IMG/VR virus record: IMGVR_UViG_3300027756_000004
Direction: 5' to 3' (one strand)
From: a virus
Length of the DNA: 64,000 bases
In this document: positions 26,846-34,499 of the stretch, one piece after another
How the letters are laid out: every line of letters starts with the position of its first letter
How positions within the stretch are numbered: position 1 is the first letter of the stretch
Translations under genes and position numbers: made by a program
The notes under the pieces: generated by a model
The model's database searches: none
Told to the model about the DNA's origin: nothing
What the model saw: only the letters and a program-made list of their open reading frames with translations

Positions 26846-27844
26846 ATGCCAACACTGAGATCATTGATAGAAACTAAATTAGCATTCCAGTTGCAAGGAT
26901 TGGAATCAAACGTAGAAGAAGGCAGAATTTGGGCTTATTCTCCCGGCACAGCAGTGGGCACTAACTTTCATTGCGGTGTGTGTTGGATATCACCAGGCAC
27001 AGGCACAGCTACCATAGAGATATGGGGAGCAGGTGGATCTGGAGCAAAAATGTGTTGCTGCGGATTTGGTCTGCCAGGCAATCCAGGTGCTTACTCCAGT
27101 AGAACTGTCAGTGTGACAGTGGGCTGCTGCATCAGAGGTCAAACAGGAATAAGCTGTGGTAACTCAGACGATTTATGCTACAGAGGCAGATCTGAAAGCA
27201 CGGGTATCTGCTGGCAAGGCAACGGCACCAACGGATGTATGTGTGCAGAAGGTGGTCAAGGTGGATACAGCTATTGTTCTACCACTCCATCAGCCTATTG
27301 CTGCTTTGGAGCCAACGGATTTTGCAACACAAAAACAGCAGGTGAAAACTGCGGAATTATTTGTAACTACAGAGGCGCGGGCTGTGCCATTCACCAAGCT
27401 CAATCATACGGCGGCACTTGCAACATGGCAGGTGGATTCAGCTGTGTGAGTTTCTTTGGATGTTTGCCCACATGTCCTTGTGCATTCTGGTATCACATGA
27501 GAACTCCACCCAAAATGTATGCAGACTGTGGAGCATGGGTCACATACACCAACGATGTGGACAATGGAGCCTATAACTGGAGCGGTGGATCATTGTATGG
27601 TTATATTCACACTTTAGGATTGGTTTCTAGAAATCCAACACATGGTGGAAACTATTCAGCCTGTTGGACTGGAAATAGATATTGCGGTTGCTACAACATG
27701 AACGGTTGCATAGCGTTTGTGCCTCCTGGTCATGGTGGACCACCACCACATCCATGTCCAGATGTGAGAGATCATGCCTACCGAGGTGGTCATGGTATAA
27801 TTAGAATTAAATACGTGGGAACAGGATATTTGGGGTTAAACTAA
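26846..27844 (+). CDS. Cys-rich, Gly-rich tail fibre tip/adhesin-like protein 2
   Basis: Paralog with about 30 Cys in 332 aa; shares a 35-bp exact tract (27059-27093 = 26068-26102). Confidence 0.6.
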   Translation: MPTLRSLIETKLAFQLQGLESNVEEGRIWAYSPGTAVGTNFHCGVCWISPGTGTATIEIWGAGGSGAKMCCCGFGLPGNPGAYSSRTVSVTVGCCIRGQTGISCGNSDDLCYRGRSESTGICWQGNGTNGCMCAEGGQGGYSYCSTTPSAYCCFGANGFCNTKTAGENCGIICNYRGAGCAIHQAQSYGGTCNMAGGFSCVSFFGCLPTCPCAFWYHMRTPPKMYADCGAWVTYTNDVDNGAYNWSGGSLYGYIHTLGLVSRNPTHGGNYSACWTGNRYCGCYNMNGCIAFVPPGHGGPPPHPCPDVRDHAYRGGHGIIRIKYVGTGYLGLN

Positions 27845-28806
27845 TGCCAGGATTAAAAAGTATATTAGCAAGTAGAGTCAGTTACGAAGTGGTTGAAACC
27901 AACCTAGAACAAGGTGTGATTTATGCCTTTTCACCCGGCACATTCTACACACAATACTGCAACGGCTTCTGTTGGAAGCCACCAGCTGCAGGTTGTGCCA
28001 TTGTGGAGCTTTGGGGCGCAGGTGGATCTGGATCTCGTATGTGTTGTTGTGGTGGAGGACTGCCCGGCAATGCAGGCGCTTACGCTAGAAAAAGTATTGA
28101 AGTGGACACTGCCAACTTTGTGTGTGGCTGTGTGGGTTTCCCTCGCTACGCACACGATTTATGTTTTTCAGGTTGTGGTGATCCCAGCACAATATGTTGG
28201 ACTAGCACCACTGCCAACGGTTGTTTGTGTAGTAGAGGTGGCCGAGGTGGCACCAGTTTTTGCAGCACCAGCACCAGCATGTGGTGTTGTTTTTATGCCA
28301 ATGGATTTTGCGGATTTGGACCCATCAATGACCACTGCGGTATTTTGTGCAATCATTGTGCAGGAGGTTGGGAAGCACTGGCCTATGGCGGTGACATCAA
28401 CTGTTGCGGCACCATTGGATGTTCAACTTTCCTAGGTTGTTATCCCACTTGTCCTTGTCAAACCATTCACCATGCGCCTCTGCCAGCTTACATGTTTGCA
28501 GAAAAAGGTGCTAGAGTGAGTTTTCAAACCAATGATGGTGGTATACACAATAGTGGTATGTCAGGCAGTCAGTTGCCCAGTTATTTTGGAGCGTTGGCAG
28601 GAGTCAACAAACAGCCCACCAGAGGATCTTTCAACAGCTATTGCTGGAGATCAGACAGATCCTGCGGCTGTTATGAAATGCAAGGCTGTTCAGCTTACTT
28701 GCCTATTGGAGCAGGTGGACTGCCTCCACAACCATGTCCAGATGTGAGAGATCACGGAATCAGAGGCGGCTGGGGCGGCATGCGTATCAGATTTATTGCT
28801 TCTTAA
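27844..28806 (+). CDS. Cys-rich, Gly-rich tail fibre tip/adhesin-like protein 3
   Basis: Paralog with about 31 Cys in 320 aa; shares a 23-bp exact tract (28732-28754 = 27752-27774). Confidence 0.6.
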   Translation: MPGLKSILASRVSYEVVETNLEQGVIYAFSPGTFYTQYCNGFCWKPPAAGCAIVELWGAGGSGSRMCCCGGGLPGNAGAYARKSIEVDTANFVCGCVGFPRYAHDLCFSGCGDPSTICWTSTTANGCLCSRGGRGGTSFCSTSTSMWCCFYANGFCGFGPINDHCGILCNHCAGGWEALAYGGDINCCGTIGCSTFLGCYPTCPCQTIHHAPLPAYMFAEKGARVSFQTNDGGIHNSGMSGSQLPSYFGALAGVNKQPTRGSFNSYCWRSDRSCGCYEMQGCSAYLPIGAGGLPPQPCPDVRDHGIRGGWGGMRIRFIAS

Positions 28807-28851
28807 TGATATATGTTGATAAATACACTAAATAGTAACAAGGAATAAAAT

Positions 28852-29505
28852 ATGATAACAAAAAATTTTACAATACCTTTGGCAGATGAACCCTATGTGG
28901 ACACCACTGCACTCAATAACACATATGCAGCCACTTATAAAGGTCCAAAATATATAAAAGTTGCCATTGACAGCACAAGTAAAGTTGTTGAAAGAGTAGT
29001 ATCATCAGCTGACACCATGGCTGAACTTGATCAAATGTTCACACCTACAGAAGCCAATCATACCTATCATGTGATGGATGCATCAACGCACACTTTTGAA
29101 GCAGCATATCTCACTGGCATGTATGACACAGGTCCTGTAGAAAATTACACAGAAACTTTACCTACCAGAAATGCCGCGGGTGAATTTGAAACTTTTACTT
29201 ATGGTTGGGATGACAACACAGGCATGATTCAACAACAATATTTTATTTTAGATATGAAATATGAAAACGGTAATTTTGTAAGACCTAGATTTAGAGTACA
29301 TGCATTAACCAGAGCGAGTTTCTTAGCATCAATGCAAGTGCAAATTGCCTCTATCACCACAGCTTTAGAAAGCAATCAAGAATTGACAGATGAAGCAAGA
29401 GGCCAATTAGAGACCTATAAAACTTGGTTAGAAAATCTTCCAGTAAAGTATGCAAACGTAAAACATTGGAAAATTCCATTCGTTTTGCCAGTACCAACAT
29501 ACTAA
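28852..29505 (+). CDS. Tail fibre assembly chaperone-like protein
   Basis: The C-terminus LETYKTWLENLP..Y.....W.IPF resembles the ..YRQ.LRD.P....WP chaperone motif. It follows the fibre tip genes and has tandem TAAATA upstream. Confidence 0.45.
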   Translation: MITKNFTIPLADEPYVDTTALNNTYAATYKGPKYIKVAIDSTSKVVERVVSSADTMAELDQMFTPTEANHTYHVMDASTHTFEAAYLTGMYDTGPVENYTETLPTRNAAGEFETFTYGWDDNTGMIQQQYFILDMKYENGNFVRPRFRVHALTRASFLASMQVQIASITTALESNQELTDEARGQLETYKTWLENLPVKYANVKHWKIPFVLPVPTY

Positions 29506-29574
29506 ATCAAGAATAATTCATCCATACATATACGTTGATATATAATAACGTGTGTAAGCTCACACCATTTATAT

Positions 29575-30519
29575 ATGAATAGATCCAAAGCATTTTTCCT
29601 CAATGGTGGCATAGGTAGAATCCTATGTGCTATTCCTGCATTAGAAAAATATGCAGAAGAATCATCAGATAAAGATTTTTTGGTAATCTGTGAAGGTGCA
29701 GTGGACATACTAAAAGGCCATCCTTTGCTGGATAAAAAAACTTACGATATATTTCATAAAAATTTATTTCATTCCAAACTGCAGAGTAAAGATGTGGTGA
29801 GTTTAGAACCATACAGAGTATGGGAATACTATAATCAAAAATGTAATCTATCACAAGCCTTTGACATCTTGATCAACAACAAAGGAGTGCGATCTTTGCC
29901 CAAACCCACAGTGGTGCTCAGCAAAGAAGAAATTGCACAAGGACAAAAAGTAATAGATGAGATCAAAACTAAAATTAAAAAAGAAAAAACAATTGTTTTT
30001 CAACCATTTGGTAGAGGCGTAGAACACATTGATAAAACTATTATAGATAAAACAGGACGCAGTCTTGAATACAAAGATGTAAAAAAACTTATCGGGAAGT
30101 TGCAAAAAGAAGGTTTTGCAGTAATACTGATGTCTGAGTTTGGATTGGAACTTAAGAATCAAAACTACACAGATGAAGTTGCTATGCCTGAAGGGTTAAA
30201 TCTTAGACAGTGGACTTCAGTAATCAAACATGCAGATCATTTCTTTGGATGTGACAGTGTAGGACAACATTTAGCATATATTGTTGGCACTCCTAGCACA
30301 GTGGTGTTGGGTCCTACATATCCCATCAACACCAGTTATCCCGAATGTGAATATTTTAATATCATGGACATGGGAGAGGTAGACCGAGAATATGATCCTA
30401 TTAGAATTACTATGGATGAAAGAATCTCTCGTAAAAACGAGATCCTCATGTCCATGAATGAAGAAATAGAAGATTATGCAATCAATACTATCATGGGAAG
30501 AAACAAAGATGACAAGTAA
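29575..30519 (+). CDS. GT9-like (ADP-heptose transferase family) glycosyltransferase A
   Basis: N-terminal GGIGRILCAIPAL and C-terminal IKHADHFFGCDSVGQHLAYIVGTPSTVVLGPT match the GT9 DSG..H.A.A...P....GPT signature. Confidence 0.65.
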   Translation: MNRSKAFFLNGGIGRILCAIPALEKYAEESSDKDFLVICEGAVDILKGHPLLDKKTYDIFHKNLFHSKLQSKDVVSLEPYRVWEYYNQKCNLSQAFDILINNKGVRSLPKPTVVLSKEEIAQGQKVIDEIKTKIKKEKTIVFQPFGRGVEHIDKTIIDKTGRSLEYKDVKKLIGKLQKEGFAVILMSEFGLELKNQNYTDEVAMPEGLNLRQWTSVIKHADHFFGCDSVGQHLAYIVGTPSTVVLGPTYPINTSYPECEYFNIMDMGEVDREYDPIRITMDERISRKNEILMSMNEEIEDYAINTIMGRNKDDK

Positions 30520-32320
30520 AACATCAGGATACATTGCTGCCATAGCACGTGGTCACAATAGCGGAGTGTGTCTATTAAAAGATGGCAAGGTAGTTTTTTC
30601 TATTGAGGAAGAAAGATTAAGCAGAGCAAAATACGATGGAGGTCCTTTTGCATCCATGGTTGAAATATTGAAATATACTGATAAGATAGATTATCTTGTG
30701 GTCGCACACACTCAAAAAATTAAAGACACAGCAGGTCGTATTGATTTCACCGGAGATGACGTGTACACTGGATTAGCAAGAAAATTAGGGTTAATAAATC
30801 GTCAAGCAGATGTGATGAATCATCCCCAAGTGGTTGATCTAAGTCATGTGCATCACAAACTACATGCTGCTTGTGCTTTTTATAGATCAGGTTGGGACAG
30901 TGCAGTCAGCGTAATAGTAGATGGAGCTGGCACTTTCCTTGGCATAAACAATAGTTTGCAAGGTCCGATTACTGTGTGGGAAGTTGAATCTATTATAGAT
31001 TGTGCGTATCCAGCTAAATTTAAATCATTGTACAAACACTATGGTACTAGAGAACCAGTGCTAGGTTGCGTGCTGAAAAATTTTCCTTCAGAGATTACAG
31101 ATGAATCTGGTCAAACTCATGAAGCAGTGTTCAGCGATCGAGCTGGCATTGTGAAAGTGTATGAAGCAGTTACACAATATTGTGGATTTATGCCTATTGA
31201 GGCTGGAAAAACAATGGGATTGTTTCCTTATGGTAAACCCAATCATAAAATTCCTAAATTATTTGAAACTGATTCTTTAGTAGAACTATCAAATAGAAAT
31301 TTGATATTACCCACCTATCCTAACGCTGCTTTAGTGAACTCACAATTATTTGATTTTTTAGAGGATCCTACAGGAGTGCAGCAAGAAGATGTAACCAAGT
31401 TAGAAAACCGTAGAGACTTAGCCTATGCTTGTCAGTTAGAAACTCAAGCTCAAGTTTTAAAATTAATTCGCAAGGCAGTAGCAATGACTAATAATAAAAA
31501 AGTAGTGCTATCAGGAGGCTATGGATTGAATTGTGTAGCAAATTACTATTATTTAGAACATCTAAGAAAAGACGGAGTTGAATTGTATGTTGAACCCATA
31601 TCTAATGATGCTGGTACAGCAATGGGAGCAGCATTACTGTTTTATCATCAAATATTTGCAGACAAGACTCCTAAAGTTCATGATACATTGTATCTAGGTC
31701 CCGATAAAGAATATAGTATTACAGATATTGAAAGCACAATCAAAACTAATCCTAAAATTTTTATGAGTGAAGCCACACACAAAGATATTGTAAAGCTCTT
31801 AAGAGCTAAAAATATTGTAGCAATATTTCAAGGCAAATCTGAAAACGGTCCAAGAGCATTGGGTAACAGATCCATTTTGTTTGATCCAACATTCAAGGAT
31901 GGCAAAGATTTTGTTAATATTATAAAAAAGAGAGAATACTTTAGACCATTTGCTGGCACAGTGTTACAAGATGATGTGCATGATTGGTTTGATTTGCGTG
32001 GTATGAAAGATTCTCCATTTATGATGTATGCTGTAAATTGCCAACCAGGAGTGGCTGAAAAAATTCCTTCAATTATCCATGTGGATGGTACTTGTAGAAT
32101 ACAAACCGTCACAGAAAAACAGAATAAACATTACTATGATCTTATAAAACAATTTAAAGAAGAAACAGGTATACCTATATTGTTCAATACTTCATTTAAT
32201 TTAGGAGGAGAGCCTTTGGTAGAAAGTTTTGATGATGCGATTAGAACATTAGAAAATTCTAAAATTGAATATCTATATCTTCCTGAACACGGCAAGCTAA
32301 TTCACATAGCAAACAACTAA
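30509..32320 (+). CDS. O-carbamoyltransferase, NodU/CmcH/TobZ family
   Basis: Motifs EEERLSR.K, HHKLHAACAF, VDGAG, GKTMGL.PYG, SGGYGLNC.AN, NDAGTAMGAA, GPRALGNRSIL, KREYFRPFA, HVDGTCRIQTV and NTSFN..GEP. Probable start MTSKT at 30509. Confidence 0.93.
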   Translation: MTSKTSGYIAAIARGHNSGVCLLKDGKVVFSIEEERLSRAKYDGGPFASMVEILKYTDKIDYLVVAHTQKIKDTAGRIDFTGDDVYTGLARKLGLINRQADVMNHPQVVDLSHVHHKLHAACAFYRSGWDSAVSVIVDGAGTFLGINNSLQGPITVWEVESIIDCAYPAKFKSLYKHYGTREPVLGCVLKNFPSEITDESGQTHEAVFSDRAGIVKVYEAVTQYCGFMPIEAGKTMGLFPYGKPNHKIPKLFETDSLVELSNRNLILPTYPNAALVNSQLFDFLEDPTGVQQEDVTKLENRRDLAYACQLETQAQVLKLIRKAVAMTNNKKVVLSGGYGLNCVANYYYLEHLRKDGVELYVEPISNDAGTAMGAALLFYHQIFADKTPKVHDTLYLGPDKEYSITDIESTIKTNPKIFMSEATHKDIVKLLRAKNIVAIFQGKSENGPRALGNRSILFDPTFKDGKDFVNIIKKREYFRPFAGTVLQDDVHDWFDLRGMKDSPFMMYAVNCQPGVAEKIPSIIHVDGTCRIQTVTEKQNKHYYDLIKQFKEETGIPILFNTSFNLGGEPLVESFDDAIRTLENSKIEYLYLPEHGKLIHIANN

Positions 32321-32321
32321 T

Positions 32322-33272
32322 ATGAACAAAGCATTTTTTATAAATGGTGGAGCTGGAAGAACTCTATGTTCAGTGTCAGCATTAGAGAATTATGCCATAG
32401 ATAACCCCAATGACGATTTTATTATTGTGTGTGAAGGCGGCACAGATTTTTACAAAGGGCATCCTAAACTGCATTTCAGATCCTATGATGTATGGCATAA
32501 AAATTTATTCAATGAATATCTAAAAGATAGACAATTAATTACACCTGAACCTTACAGAATTTGGGAATATTACAATCAAAAATGTAGTATAGCTCAAGCA
32601 TATGATATAGAAATTAATAACAAAGGCATAAGAAAGTTAGAAATTCCTAAAATATTTTTGTCTAAAGAAGAATTAATCATGGCTAGACAGATGATTAATG
32701 AAGTGAAAGAAAAAACTAAAAAAGAAAAAGTAATTGTGTTCCAACCTTTTGGACGTGTATCTAAAAAAGATAACGAGGACTTTGTAGATGTTAGTGGTAG
32801 AAGTTTTGAGATAGAAAATACCATGAGTTTAATAAGACAATTGGGCAAACAGTATGGCATTATATTGATGTCTGAATACGCAATTGATTTTGCCAAATAT
32901 CAAATTAATTTTCCTATCGCCGCTCCTCAACAAGTGCATGTAAGGGTATGGAGTGCAGTGATCAAAATGTGTGATCATTTTTTAGGTTGTGACAGCTTGG
33001 GTCAACATATAGCAAATGCATTTGACAAGACTGCCACAGTAGTATTTGGATCAACTTTTCCAGAAAACGTATCATACCCTGCCAACAACAAATTTGATAT
33101 CATCGACATGAATAAAGACAATAGAATTTATAGTCCTATACGTATTACCATGGATGAATACGCAGATCGAGCCAATGAAGATGCTATGAAGATGGATAAA
33201 GAAGTAGAAAACAGAATAGTACAATCTGTTCAAAGCATGATCAAACATGGTCAAAAGAAGATTAAAAAATAA
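32322..33272 (+). CDS. GT9-like glycosyltransferase B (paralog of 29575-30519)
   Basis: GGAGRTLC; EPYRIWEYYNQKC; CDHFLGCDSLGQHIA...TVVFGSTFP. Confidence 0.65.
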   Translation: MNKAFFINGGAGRTLCSVSALENYAIDNPNDDFIIVCEGGTDFYKGHPKLHFRSYDVWHKNLFNEYLKDRQLITPEPYRIWEYYNQKCSIAQAYDIEINNKGIRKLEIPKIFLSKEELIMARQMINEVKEKTKKEKVIVFQPFGRVSKKDNEDFVDVSGRSFEIENTMSLIRQLGKQYGIILMSEYAIDFAKYQINFPIAAPQQVHVRVWSAVIKMCDHFLGCDSLGQHIANAFDKTATVVFGSTFPENVSYPANNKFDIIDMNKDNRIYSPIRITMDEYADRANEDAMKMDKEVENRIVQSVQSMIKHGQKKIKK

Positions 33273-33296
33273 TACAATTTACAGGTAAATACACAC

Positions 33297-33713
33297 ATGT
33301 TCAATGTAAACAACTTGTTTGGCAAGGGCGTAAAAAACACTTTACTGTTAAAAAACGGTTTGAATTTTTCAGTGGGAGGACCATTCATAAGCATCCAAAC
33401 AGACACTTTAATAGATAGATGGCAATTCACATCTGTGTCAGCTGCTGAATATACTCTAATGGTAGACTATGATACCAACAACAAAGAAATTATAAGATGT
33501 TTACTGGTAGGTGGGCCAAATGCTGCCACTGTGACCATATACGGTCGTGGCAATCTTGGTAATGAACTAATCAATCTCACAGCCACAGTGAATGACTCAT
33601 ATGTGGAACTGAAAGCCACCCCAGCACAAGGCGCCGACAGCACTGTATACAGTGGTTCCAAATGCATATTTCAAGCCACGTATTTTGAAACTTTGAATCC
33701 TATCACACGCTAA
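33297..33713 (+). CDS. Virion structural protein
   Basis: ID.W.....SAAEY....D.....EI....V.......T.YG......L..L.ATV..S.V.L.ATP beta-sandwich pattern seen in T4-like structural proteins; TAAATA-N5-ATG. Confidence 0.55.
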   Translation: MFNVNNLFGKGVKNTLLLKNGLNFSVGGPFISIQTDTLIDRWQFTSVSAAEYTLMVDYDTNNKEIIRCLLVGGPNAATVTIYGRGNLGNELINLTATVNDSYVELKATPAQGADSTVYSGSKCIFQATYFETLNPITR

Positions 33714-33757
33714 AATACCAGCTGGCCTTAGATAAATACACTAAAAATTAGACATTT

Positions 33758-34465
33758 ATGCCAGTAGTCAATAATCCATTAAAGTCGTTGTATGGCTTTC
33801 AAAGCCCTTCATTCAGTGTGAATGCTGCTGGTAATCTTGTGGCTGTTGATGTCACTGTGAACAACATCACAGCCAACGATATTACGGCCGATGATATCAC
33901 AATCGATCAAGCAAGCACCACAACATTGTTAGTGGGCGCTGCTACCAATTTACTGGGTACTCTTGCAGTGGCAGGAGTATCGACTTTTACAAACACCACT
34001 GCTGCGCAAAGTTTAAACATTGCTGCTGTAAAGATAGCAGGAGGAGTAGCCATTCAAAATAATTTGTTGGTCAACGCTAATAGCACATTCAACAATGACT
34101 TGACCATAGGTGAAGATTTAACAGTGCAAAACAATATTCAGGTCAATGATTCATTGATCACTGATCGCATCACTACCATTAACGATGGCAGCACATTGAC
34201 AGATTTATTGATCCAACCTGTGAGAAACGTTATTTTTAAAACTGCTGGTAATAACACAGAATTAGGCAGAATAGATGCCACAGGATCTACTGTGCCGGTG
34301 AAAAATACCAGTATCAACAACACCAGTATAGGACTCACAGTGGCCAGCACTGCTGCATTCGTAAGCGGCACCGTGGTCAACACTCCTACAGCAGCCAATA
34401 ATATCACTAGAAAAGACTATGTGGATCGTACAGCCGTGGCTTTCTCCGTGGCTTTAGGGGGATAG
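33758..34465 (+). CDS. Fibre-like structural protein
   Basis: GGVAI..NL.V fibre repeats, INNT.IG....S.A.F, and TRKDYVD..AVAFSVALGG C-terminus. Confidence 0.6.
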   Translation: MPVVNNPLKSLYGFQSPSFSVNAAGNLVAVDVTVNNITANDITADDITIDQASTTTLLVGAATNLLGTLAVAGVSTFTNTTAAQSLNIAAVKIAGGVAIQNNLLVNANSTFNNDLTIGEDLTVQNNIQVNDSLITDRITTINDGSTLTDLLIQPVRNVIFKTAGNNTELGRIDATGSTVPVKNTSINNTSIGLTVASTAAFVSGTVVNTPTAANNITRKDYVDRTAVAFSVALGG

Positions 34466-34499
34466 GTAAATACAATGCGCAAACTCAACTTAGTGGAAA

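Noticed and set aside
25858-28806. Diversity-generating retroelement acting on the paralogous tip genes
   Set aside because: There is no reverse transcriptase in the window, and no ~100-bp template/variable pair differing only at adenines; the repeats are short tracts in coding paralogs.
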